Part shown: positions 1 to 8,796 of the stretch, in pieces
Layout of the letters: the number at the start of each line of letters is the position of its first letter
How positions within the stretch are numbered: the first letter of the stretch is position 1
From: Pseudomonadota bacterium
GTDB taxonomy: Bacteria > Pseudomonadota > Gammaproteobacteria > Burkholderiales > Thiobacillaceae
Assembly: GCA_021847835.1 (NCBI GenBank)
Contig: JAJZPR010000010.1
Span: forward strand, 63,718 to 95,717
Direction: 5' to 3'
Length of the DNA: 32,000 bases
Notes under the pieces: generated by a model
What the model was told of the DNA's origin: nothing
The model's database searches: none
The model's input: only the letters and a program-made list of their open reading frames with translations
Program-made: the position numbers and the translations under genes

Positions 1-383
1 GACAAGTGGTCGCAGTTGCCGATCAGGCTATCGATGCAGGCAAGTCCGCTGCGGATACCCGGGATGCGCTCAATACCTTTCAGCAAGGAGCTGAGCAGGA
101 CAAACGCGATGGCGAAGCTCGTGCCCAGGGTTCTGCTGAGGGTTCCGGCAGCGGCACGGGTTCCGGCAGCATGGGTTCCGGCAGCGGCATGGGTTCCGGC
201 GGCGGTATGGGTTCCGGCGGCGGCATGGGTTCCGGCGGCGGCATGGGTTCCGGCGGCGGCATGGGTTCCGGCGGCGGTATGGGTTCCGGCGGCGGTATGG
301 GTTCCGGCGGCGGTATGGGTTCCGGCAGCGGTATGGGTTCCGGCAGCGGTATGGGTTCCGGCAGCGGCAGCTTCAGTCGCTAA
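1..383 (+). CDS. Gly/Ser/Met-rich repeat protein, C-terminal part (5' end lies upstream of the window)
   Basis: The frame is open from the window edge to TAA at 381-383. The tail is 11 in-frame 18-nt units encoding MGSG(G/S)G, and a strong intrinsic terminator follows. No family recognised. Confidence 0.5.
   Translation, partial: QVVAVADQAIDAGKSAADTRDALNTFQQGAEQDKRDGEARAQGSAEGSGSGTGSGSMGSGSGMGSGGGMGSGGGMGSGGGMGSGGGMGSGGGMGSGGGMGSGGGMGSGSGMGSGSGMGSGSGSFSR
171..368 (+). repeat. 11 tandem 18-bp units ATGGGTTCCGGC(G/A)GCGG(C/T), coding
   Basis: Unit starts were read at 171, 189, 207 ... 351. The peptide is MGSGSG x1, MGSGGG x7, MGSGSG x3. Confidence 0.9.
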
Positions 384-407
384 TCGTTGCGATTGCCGTC
401 AAACGAA

Positions 408-439
408 GCGGGCGGGCATTGTGCCCGCCCGTTTTGTTT
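408..439 (+). terminator. Rho-independent terminator
   Basis: GC-rich stem CGGGCGGGCA / TGCCCGCCCG (409-418 / 422-431) with a 3-nt loop, followed by TTTTGTTT. Confidence 0.8.
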
Positions 440-605
440 CAACAGGGAGGAAGGCGCCGGCCACAGCGACATGTCGGCGCTGATCGATTTGGTGGCGAGA
501 AAACCCGCCTAGTCGCAGGTAAAAAATTCACAAAGAGGATATGAGGACAAGGGGAAACAAAATTAAAAGATTTACTCCTGTCCTCTTGTCCTCCCTGTTC
601 AATCT

Positions 606-1403
606 TTATTGATTCTTCGCGCAGCGTATCTGGCTGTCCAGCTTCATCCACTTCGCCAGCCACTCCCTGGCGCGCTGGCGCGCATGGCGGGCAGCGGTCT
701 TTTCCTCGGGACCCTGGTCGGCGCGGAAGTCGAAGGCGCGGCGGGCAAAGGGATAGACCTGGTATTCCACCGGCACGCCGCGTTCCCACAGCGCATAGAA
801 GGCACGCCCGCCGACGAAGCGGCGCAGTTCGAAATCCTCCTCGCCGATCAGGAACAGCATGGGCGTGTTGATCTGCATGATTTCCGGCGCCACGCGGAAC
901 AGCTGGTCGGGCTCGGGCGCGTTCGGATTCTGCATGTGGCCGTAGTAGCTGACGATGGCGGCGATGTCCTTGCCGCGTTTGGCGGCCAGGCGGATCGCAT
1001 AATACGGCCCGCGCGATTTGCCGACGATGCCCACCGGCCCCTTGCAGGCATTGGGCAGCTTCATCAGGTAATCCATGCCGGCCTCGACGTCCATTTCGGT
1101 TTCCGGATTGTGCTCCGACGGCCAGCGCTCGATCATGCGTCCGCTTTGCCAGTCCGGCATCACCACCAGAAAACCCTGGGCCGCGAGATCGGCGATGTAC
1201 TTCTGCTCGTTTTCGTCGATGCCGCGCTTGGCATGGATGAACAGCACCGGCGGGAAGGGCCCCTTGCCGGGCGGCGTGGCCACGCTCACCGGCACTTCGG
1301 TGCCGTCGGCGGACTTGATCGTGGTCTGGGTGACGCTGGGCTTGTCCGCGGCCTGGGCGGCGCCGGCGGCGAGTGCTGCCAGAAGAATCCATGTGATGCG
1401 CAT
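606..1403 (-). CDS. Secreted alpha/beta hydrolase, dienelactone hydrolase-like
   Basis: 265-aa ORF with the N-terminal signal peptide MRITWILLAALAAGAAQA, a GxSxG-type nucleophile elbow (VGKSRGP) and an overall DLH-family look. The overlapping ORFs in other frames are Arg/Ala-rich shadow ORFs. Confidence 0.7.
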   Translation of the reverse strand: MRITWILLAALAAGAAQAADKPSVTQTTIKSADGTEVPVSVATPPGKGPFPPVLFIHAKRGIDENEQKYIADLAAQGFLVVMPDWQSGRMIERWPSEHNPETEMDVEAGMDYLMKLPNACKGPVGIVGKSRGPYYAIRLAAKRGKDIAAIVSYYGHMQNPNAPEPDQLFRVAPEIMQINTPMLFLIGEEDFELRRFVGGRAFYALWERGVPVEYQVYPFARRAFDFRADQGPEEKTAARHARQRAREWLAKWMKLDSQIRCAKNQ

Positions 1404-1475
1404 AGAGTGGCCGTTTGCAGATATGGGAAAATACGAATTTTAATGCAACACCCCTTCCCCCTTGTCTGGTAATCA

Positions 1476-2213
1476 ATGACCAGTCTGTCCTTGCAGTCGG
1501 CGCGCCGCCGCTTTCTCGCCATACTCTGGCTGTCGCTTGCGCTGCATGCGGCGGTGATCGGTCTCACGCGCCTGCCGCCAAAGGTGGCGCTTCCCCTGCC
1601 GTCCGAGCTTCAGGTCGAGCTTCAGGTCGAGCTTGCGCCGCCCGCACCCGCCGCGCCGCCTGCGCCCGCCGTGCCCGAACCGAAACCGGTGGACAAGCCG
1701 GCAGCCAGGCCGGCGGACAGACCGCCGCGTCCGCCGCTGCCGCAGCCCTTGCTGCAATCCCTTGCGCCGCTCCAGCCGCCTTCGCCGCCCGCACTTGCCG
1801 CGGAACCTTCGCCCCCGGCCGTGCCTGCGCCGCCGGCATCGGCGGCCACACCCGGCCGCGATGCGCCCGGCCCCGCGCTCGATGTCCCGCTGCTGGCCGA
1901 TACGCGCTACTACACCGCGAAGGAACTGGACGTGCAGCCATCCGCCCTGCGCCGCCCGGAGCCCGTCTATCCGGCCCGCGCGGAAGAGCAGGGCGTGGCC
2001 GGGCGCGTGGTCATCCGCCTGCATCTGGAAGCCGACGGCGGCATCGGCAGGGTGGAAGTGGTGTCAGTCACGCCGGGCGGCGCGTTTGGCGAGATGTTCA
2101 GAAAGGCGACGCTGGATTCGCTGAAAGGCGTCCGCTTCCGCCCCGCGCAGCGCAACGGCCGGCCCGTGCGCGCAGTGGTGGAAATCCCGGTGGTGTTCGA
2201 ACCTGAAAATTAG
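1476..2213 (+). CDS. TonB-family energy transducer (N-terminal anchor, Pro-rich spacer, TonB C-terminal domain)
   Basis: TM segment FLAILWLSLALHAAVIGL, a long Pro/Ala-rich linker, and a C-terminus (YPARAEEQGVAGRVVIRLHL...GRVEVVSV...FRPAQRNGRPV) typical of TonB_C. Confidence 0.75.
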   Translation: MTSLSLQSARRRFLAILWLSLALHAAVIGLTRLPPKVALPLPSELQVELQVELAPPAPAAPPAPAVPEPKPVDKPAARPADRPPRPPLPQPLLQSLAPLQPPSPPALAAEPSPPAVPAPPASAATPGRDAPGPALDVPLLADTRYYTAKELDVQPSALRRPEPVYPARAEEQGVAGRVVIRLHLEADGGIGRVEVVSVTPGGAFGEMFRKATLDSLKGVRFRPAQRNGRPVRAVVEIPVVFEPEN

Positions 2214-2278
2214 TTATCAGTTGTCAGTTTTCAGTTTGATAAAGCGCGCGAAGCGCGTCTGCTTTTGCTGACAAGCGA

Positions 2279-3529
2279 TTACTTGCTGTTCGCTGCCAGC
2301 GGCTGCGCGGCATAGCCCTTGGGCAGCAGTACCCACATGCGGCCTTTCTGCTTCATTTTGCCGGCCTGTTCGCCCGCCGCGGCGCCGAATCCCCAGTAGA
2401 AGTCCGCGCGCACCGCGCCGCGGATGGCGCCGCCGGTGTCCTGCGCCATCATCAGGCGGTTCAAGGGCTGCGGGGAATTGGGCCAGGTGGTGGACAGGAA
2501 CACCGGCGCGCCCAGCGGGATGAATTTCGGGTCGACGGCGATGGAGCGGCCGGCGGTGAGCGGTACGCCCAGCGCGCCCAGCGGGCCCGACAGGCCATTG
2601 GGCAGTTCCTTGAAGAACACGTAGCTCGGATTGCTGTGCAGCAGTTCAGTCAGCTTGTCCGGGTTGGCCTGCCCCCAGGCCTTGATGCCCTGCATGGAGG
2701 CTTCTTCCAGCTTCAGTTCGCCGCGTTCGACCAGCAGCTTGCCGATGGATTTGTACGGATGGCCGTTCTGGTCGGCGTAGCCGATGCGCAGGTGCGTGCC
2801 GTCGGGCAGCTCGATGCGGCCCGAGCCCTGGATCTGCATGAAGAAAAGCTCCACCGGGTCTTCCGCCCAGGCGATCGGCCTGGCGCGGAACGTGCCGTTG
2901 CCGTTTTCGATTTCGCTGCGCGTGGCATAGGGCACGACCTTGTTGCCCTGCAGCCGGCCTCTCAGGCGCATGCTTTTCAATTCCGGATACACGCTGGTGA
3001 GATCCACCACGATGAGGTCGTCCGGCGCCGCGTAGATCGGAAAACGCGCCTTCATGGTACGCACGCGGTCGCCCTTGATGAGCGGCTCGTAATAGCCGGT
3101 CACCGTGCCTTCCAGGGTGTTGTCGACGTTGAACACCTCGTGTGGCTGGAAGCGCTGCTCGAAAAAGGCGCGCACGGCGGCTTCGTTGGCGCCATTCATG
3201 GCCTGCGCCTCGCCGCACACGGTCTGCCAGGCCGGCTGATTCTTCAGGCCGGCGCAGGACTGCAGGAAGGCAGGCCAGATGTCGGTCAGCGTGTCGTCCT
3301 TCCAGTTGAGGACGGCATTCCAGTCCACCGGCCGCAGTTGCGCCAGCGGCGCAGGCGGGGCCGGCGGCGCGACGGGAGGGGCGGGCGGAACCGGAGCGGG
3401 CGTCGGCGTCGGCACCGCAACCGGCGGCGAGGGCTTCGGTGCGGGCTCGGGCGTGGCGCAGCCCCCCAGCATCGCGGCGGCGATCAGGCTTGCGTAAAAT
3501 GCGTAGAGGGGAAAGACGAAACGTTTCAT
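2279..3529 (-). CDS. mltA: Membrane-bound lytic murein transglycosylase A (lipoprotein)
   Basis: Lipobox AAMLGGC, a Pro-rich linker, then MltA/3D-domain motifs (VTGYYEP, GSGRIELPDG, YADQNGHPY, SIAVDP, AQDTGGAIRG). Confidence 0.85.
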   Translation of the reverse strand: MKRFVFPLYAFYASLIAAAMLGGCATPEPAPKPSPPVAVPTPTPAPVPPAPPVAPPAPPAPLAQLRPVDWNAVLNWKDDTLTDIWPAFLQSCAGLKNQPAWQTVCGEAQAMNGANEAAVRAFFEQRFQPHEVFNVDNTLEGTVTGYYEPLIKGDRVRTMKARFPIYAAPDDLIVVDLTSVYPELKSMRLRGRLQGNKVVPYATRSEIENGNGTFRARPIAWAEDPVELFFMQIQGSGRIELPDGTHLRIGYADQNGHPYKSIGKLLVERGELKLEEASMQGIKAWGQANPDKLTELLHSNPSYVFFKELPNGLSGPLGALGVPLTAGRSIAVDPKFIPLGAPVFLSTTWPNSPQPLNRLMMAQDTGGAIRGAVRADFYWGFGAAAGEQAGKMKQKGRMWVLLPKGYAAQPLAANSK

Positions 3530-3634
3530 TGACCGGAGATTATAAACCGTGGATCAGGGAAGCCTCTGGCTGCTGCTCGAAGCCGCGCTCGCATTGGGGA
3601 TATTGCTGTTCATCGTGTGGTGGACGATGAAAAA

Positions 3635-3724
3635 GTAGGAGCACCCTTGGGTGCGATCAGGAATTATCGCAGGCAAGCCTGCTCCTACATAACAATTCGT
3701 GGGAGCCCCCCTAGGTGCGAAAGG
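3635..3724. repeat. REP-like palindromic element cluster
   Basis: GTAGGAGCA (3635-3643) pairs with TGCTCCTAC (3680-3688), with a nested hairpin TGCGAT/ATCGCA. A third related unit, GTGGGAGCCCCCCTAGGTGCGA, lies at 3699-3720. The minus-strand reading GTAGGAGCAGGCTTGCCTGCGAT resembles pseudomonad-type REP sequences. Confidence 0.6.
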
Positions 3725-3731
3725 TCATTTC

Positions 3732-4115
3732 CTAGTGCAGTACCCGCGGCATCGACAGGGTGAATTCGGGAATCTCGGCTTCGAATTTCTGGCCATCCTC
3801 CGCCACCATCTGGTAGCTGCCGCGCATGGTGCCGACCGGGGTGCCGAGCGAGGTGCCGCTGGTGTACTCGAAACTTTCGCCCGGTCGCAAAAACGGCTGC
3901 TCGCCCACCACGCCCAGCCCGCGCACTTCCTGCACCTGGTTCTCGGCGTCGGTGATGATCCAGTGGCGCGAAATCAGCTGTGCCGAAGCCGTACCCTCGT
4001 TGGCGATGGTGATGGTGTAGGCGAACACGTAGCGGTCGGCGTCGGGATCGCTTTGCTCGGGGATGTAGGTCGTGTGTACCCGGATGCTGATGTCGTATTT
4101 CTTGCTTTCGGCCAT
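3732..4115 (-). CDS. apaG: ApaG (DUF525) protein
   Basis: The sequence MAESKKYDISIRVHTTYIPEQSDPDADRYVFAYTITIANEG...FEYTSG is the classic ApaG signature. The start was chosen at the internal ATG (4115) of the 160-aa track ORF; the ATG at 4145 is an alternative. Confidence 0.8.
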   Translation of the reverse strand: MAESKKYDISIRVHTTYIPEQSDPDADRYVFAYTITIANEGTASAQLISRHWIITDAENQVQEVRGLGVVGEQPFLRPGESFEYTSGTSLGTPVGTMRGSYQMVAEDGQKFEAEIPEFTLSMPRVLH

Positions 4116-4212
4116 GGGTCTTCGGAAATGAGGGGTTTTCGGCATTGTATCCAAAGGCGGCAAGCGGATGAATGTTAAAATCACGGCTTTGCAAAATTTA
4201 CCGGAGCAAGCC

Positions 4213-4896
4213 ATGGCCTACCGTATCGCCCCCTCCATCCTGTCGGCCAACTTCGCCAAGCTGGGCGAGGAAGTGGACAACGTCATCAAAGCCGGTGCGG
4301 ACATTGTCCACTTCGACGTGATGGACAACCATTATGTGCCCAACCTCACCATCGGCCCGCTGGTGTGCGAGGCGCTGAGGAAGCACGGCGTCACCGCGCC
4401 CATCGATGTGCACCTGATGGTGAAGCCGGTGGACCGCATCATTCCCGATTTTGCCAAAGCCGGCGCCACCTACATCACCTTCCACCCGGAAGCCTCCGAG
4501 CACATCGACCGCACCATCAGCCTGATCCGCGAAAACGGCTGCAAGCCCGGCCTGGTGTTCAACCCCGCCACGCCGCTGGACGTGCTGGAATACACCCTGG
4601 ACAAGATCGACATGGTGCTCTTGATGAGCGTCAACCCCGGCTTCGGCGGCCAGAAGTTCATCCCCTACGTGCTCGACAAGGCGAAGAAGGTGCGCAGGAT
4701 GATCGACGAGCGCGGCCTCGACGTCAGCCTGGAAATCGACGGCGGCGTCGGCCCCGCCAACATCAGGGAAGTGGCCCAGGCCGGCGTGGACACCTTCGTG
4801 GCCGGCTCCGCCGTGTTCGGCGCCGCCAAGGACTCTGATCCGCACCGCTACGACAGCGTCATCGCCGCCATGCGCGCGGAATTGGCGAAGGTTTAA
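4213..4896 (+). CDS. rpe: Ribulose-phosphate 3-epimerase
   Basis: [21 protein letters not shown]...[17 protein letters not shown]...[12 protein letters not shown]...DGGV. The start is at 4213, preceded by GGAG at 4203-4206. Confidence 0.9.
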   Translation: MAYRIAPSILSANFAKLGEEVDNVIKAGADIVHFDVMDNHYVPNLTIGPLVCEALRKHGVTAPIDVHLMVKPVDRIIPDFAKAGATYITFHPEASEHIDRTISLIRENGCKPGLVFNPATPLDVLEYTLDKIDMVLLMSVNPGFGGQKFIPYVLDKAKKVRRMIDERGLDVSLEIDGGVGPANIREVAQAGVDTFVAGSAVFGAAKDSDPHRYDSVIAAMRAELAKV

Positions 4897-4911
4897 AACA
4901 GGCACAAGGGG

Positions 4912-4963
4912 CAAGTTGCAAGAAACAAGCAGTTCCTTGCAACTTGAAACTTGCAACTTGAAA
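4912..4963. repeat. Inverted plus tandem repeat in the rpe-gph spacer
   Basis: CAAGTTGCAAG (4912-4922) is complementary to CTTGCAACTTG, which occurs twice within a 14-bp tandem unit CTTGCAACTTGAAA (4936-4949 and 4950-4963). Confidence 0.7.
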
Positions 4964-4972
4964 CTCCCGAAA

Positions 4973-5653
4973 ATGAATTTTCCGCTCAATATCAAAGCCG
5001 TTGTCATCGACCTCGACGGCACCCTGCTGCACACCGCGCCGGACCTGGCGGATGCCGCGCAGCGCATGGCCGCGGAGCTGGACCTGCCGCCGATCGACGA
5101 GGCCACGGTCAAGACCTACATCGGCAACGGCGTCTCGCGCCTGGTCAAGCGCGTGCTCACCCGCGACATGCAGGCCGAGCCCGATGCCGCCCTGTTCGCA
5201 AAGGCGCTGCCTGTGTTCGAGAAGCATTATCTCGAAGGCGTGAGCCGCCAGAGCCATCCCTTCCACGGCGTGCCCGAAGGTCTGGTGGCGCTCAAGGCGG
5301 CAGGCTTTCGCCTGGGCTGCATCACCAACAAGGCCGAGAAGTTCACCCTGCCCTTGCTCGATGACACCGGGCTCGCCGGCTTCTTCGAACTGATCCTCTC
5401 AGGCGATCTGCTGCCGAAGAAAAAGCCCGACCCCATGCCGCTCCTGCACGCCTGCGAGAAGTTCGGCATCGGGCCTGCCGAGATGCTGCTGATCGGCGAT
5501 TCGCTCAACGACGTCCAGGCCGCGCGCGCCGCAGGCTGCCACGTGTTCGTCGTGCCCTACGGCTACAACCGCGGCCGCCCGGTGGAGGAGCTGGACGCCG
5601 ATGCCGTGGTGGAAAGCCTGATCGAGGCGGTGAAGCTGGTGAAGAAGGCATGA
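4973..5653 (+). CDS. gph: Phosphoglycolate phosphatase (HAD superfamily)
   Basis: HAD motif I VIDLDGTLLHT, then ITNK, then GDSLNDVQAARAAG. Sits in the conserved rpe-gph-trpE arrangement. The start was chosen at the internal ATG 4973 (MNFPLNIKAVV). Confidence 0.85.
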   Translation: MNFPLNIKAVVIDLDGTLLHTAPDLADAAQRMAAELDLPPIDEATVKTYIGNGVSRLVKRVLTRDMQAEPDAALFAKALPVFEKHYLEGVSRQSHPFHGVPEGLVALKAAGFRLGCITNKAEKFTLPLLDDTGLAGFFELILSGDLLPKKKPDPMPLLHACEKFGIGPAEMLLIGDSLNDVQAARAAGCHVFVVPYGYNRGRPVEELDADAVVESLIEAVKLVKKA

Positions 5654-5657
5654 TCCC

Positions 5658-5765
5658 CAGGGATCAGGATTCAGGGGTCAGGATTCAGAGGATGTGCCGC
5701 CGATGGCGGCGCATGTTCTCAAAGAGCGCCTAGCGCTTTCCCTGATTCCTGAATCCTGATCCCTG
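5658..5765. repeat. 18-bp perfect inverted repeat bracketing the gph-trpE spacer
   Basis: CAGGGATCAGGATTCAGG (5658-5675) pairs with CCTGAATCCTGATCCCTG (5748-5765). Inner hairpins are GCCGCC-GAT-GGCGGC and AGCGC-CTA-GCGCT. Confidence 0.75.
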
Positions 5766-5775
5766 ACCCCTGAAC

Positions 5776-7224
<1,449 letters not shown>

Positions 7225-7276
7225 CGCAGCTTGATCGTGGCGAGGCTGCCGCCACAACCCCTCACGCCTTACGCTT

Positions 7277-8599
7277 CTATTTCAGCCCATGCTGCTTGAG
7301 CTTGCGGTACAGGGTGCGTTCGGTGATGCCGAGCAGGTCGGCGACCGTGCGCCGGTGGCCGCCGTGCTTGCCCAGCAAAACCCGTATGTAGTCTTTCTCC
7401 AGATCGCTTAGCGAGCCGTCGGGGCGCCCGGCGAGCGCTTCTTTCCTGGCGGCTGTGGTGGCGGCGGGCGGAATTTCCAGGTTCAGGTCTTCCGCGCGGA
7501 TGACGCCATCGCTGCAGCGCACCATGGCGCGCTGCAGCAGGTTGCGCAGTTCCCGTACATTGCCGGGAAAATCGTAGTGCTTGAGCGCGTTGAGGGCCTC
7601 CTTGTCCAGACGGCAGCGCATTCGAGCGCCGCCGGACAAGCGCGACAACAGGGCCTCGGCCAGGGCGCCAATGTCATCGCGCCGTTCGCGCAAGGGTGGC
7701 AGCACGACATCGATCCCCGCCAGGCGGTAATAGAGGTCGAGGCGAAACAGCTTCTGGTCGACCCAGTCGAGCAGGTTGCGGTTGGTGGCGGATACCAGCC
7801 TGACGTCGGCTTTCAGGGTTTTGGTGCCGCCCACGCGCCGGAATTCGCCCGTTTCGAGAACGCGCAGCAACTTGGCCTGCAGGGCGAGGGGGATTTCCGA
7901 AATTTCATCCAGGAACAGCGTGCCGCCATCGGCCAGTTCATACAGGCCTTTTTTCTGACCGGTGCTGCCGGTGAAGGCGCCGCGCTCATGGCCGAACAGT
8001 TCGCTCTCGAACATGTTTTCCGGCACGGCCGCGCAGTTGATGGCGATAAACGGCCCGCTCGAACGGGGCGAACGATCATGGACGAAGCGTGCGGCCAGTT
8101 CCTTGCCAACGCCGCTCTCGCCAAACAGCAGGATGGAGGCCTCGCTTTCCGCCACGCGCGCCAGGTTGTCCACGCACGCCAGGAAGGCGGGAGAGTGGCC
8201 CACCATGCGCATGTCCTTGCAGTCCAGTTCGCTGCTGGCCTCGAGCGGGTGGAGGATCTCGCCCAGGTACAGGCGCCCGTCCAAGCCGCGGATGGCGTGG
8301 CCACGTATGCGCGTGCGTTCGGGCGCGTTGTCGGCGTGGTAATGGGTGTGCAGCGCCACCACCGTGGATTGGCCGCCCTTGAACAGGGCTTGGTGCGGGC
8401 ATTGCTCGCCGTTCTCATGGCAGGGGCGGGGCGAGTGATGCGAAATTTCGTGGCAGCGCCGGTTCAGGATGGTCTCCAGGCTGGCGCCGTAGGAGTCGCA
8501 ATAGCGCCGGTTGGCGGCGACGATGCGGTACTGCTCGTCGATCACCACGAATGGCTGATCATGGGCCTCGATGATTTCCTGCAATTTCACGCCGGGCAT
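7277..8599 (-). CDS. Sigma-54-dependent Fis-family transcriptional activator with a Cys-rich PAS-like sensor (FisR-like sulfide/polysulfide regulator)
   Basis: AAA+ core ([28 protein letters not shown]), a C-terminal Fis-type HTH ([21 protein letters not shown]) and an N-terminal domain with Cys49/Cys60/Cys67. It is divergent from sqr. Confidence 0.85.
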   Translation of the reverse strand: MPGVKLQEIIEAHDQPFVVIDEQYRIVAANRRYCDSYGASLETILNRRCHEISHHSPRPCHENGEQCPHQALFKGGQSTVVALHTHYHADNAPERTRIRGHAIRGLDGRLYLGEILHPLEASSELDCKDMRMVGHSPAFLACVDNLARVAESEASILLFGESGVGKELAARFVHDRSPRSSGPFIAINCAAVPENMFESELFGHERGAFTGSTGQKKGLYELADGGTLFLDEISEIPLALQAKLLRVLETGEFRRVGGTKTLKADVRLVSATNRNLLDWVDQKLFRLDLYYRLAGIDVVLPPLRERRDDIGALAEALLSRLSGGARMRCRLDKEALNALKHYDFPGNVRELRNLLQRAMVRCSDGVIRAEDLNLEIPPAATTAARKEALAGRPDGSLSDLEKDYIRVLLGKHGGHRRTVADLLGITERTLYRKLKQHGLK

Positions 8600-8615
8600 C
8601 GTTTGCTTGTTTGAT

Positions 8616-8646
8616 TGTCATGACAAACCAGAACGTTGTCATGACA
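8616..8646. promoter_or_regulatory. Two perfect 10-bp palindromes TGTCATGACA, candidate enhancer (UAS) sites for the adjacent sigma-54 activator
   Basis: TGTCATGACA occurs at 8616-8625 and 8637-8646, 21 bp centre to centre, about 80-100 bp upstream of the -24 element. A further half-site, ACATGTCA, lies at 8653-8660. Confidence 0.5.
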
Positions 8647-8717
8647 GGAATAACATGTCAAGCTTGGGTGCAAGAGGCGCCCCCTCTATTGTTCGTGCAT
8701 GAACGTCCTGTTCAGAC

Positions 8718-8732
8718 TGGCATGGTAATTGC
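8718..8732 (+). promoter_or_regulatory. Sigma-54 (-24/-12) promoter for sqr
   Basis: TGGCATGGTAATTGC matches TGGCAC-N5-TTGC (GG at 8719-8720, GC at 8731-8732). It lies about 65 bp upstream of the sqr ATG and next to a sigma-54 activator gene. Confidence 0.65.
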
Positions 8733-8796
8733 CCTCAAGTATGCACGCCTGCCAGGCAGGCGCATTCCGACAAACAAAACACGGAGACAAACTGAT

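Noticed and set aside
171-368. Regular 18-bp periodic repeats that could be mistaken for a CRISPR-like or other non-coding array.
   Set aside because: The units are contiguous with no spacers, are in frame, and lie inside an ORF. This is a coding tandem repeat.
16-483. 155-aa ORF (VPAAAWVPAA... repeats), plus the 60-aa minus-strand ORF at 80-262.
   Set aside because: These are alternative-frame readings of the same 18-bp tandem repeat. The frame ending at 383 is directly followed by a terminator and is the more plausible one.
439-2206. Long overlapping ORFs: 439-1476 minus, 609-1472 plus, 1415-2206 plus, 1473-2024 minus and others.
   Set aside because: Their Arg/Ala/Gly/Pro-rich low-complexity translations are typical of shadow frames in high-GC DNA. 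The hydrolase and TonB frames carry recognisable signal peptide, TM and domain motifs.
5692-5733. 13-codon mini-ORF MCRRWRRMFSKSA upstream of trpE, considered as a possible trp leader peptide.
   Set aside because: It has only one Trp codon rather than tandem ones. The SD-like AGAGG ends 1 nt before the ATG, which is poor spacing. The ORF coincides with a palindrome and is more simply explained as part of the REP-like structure.
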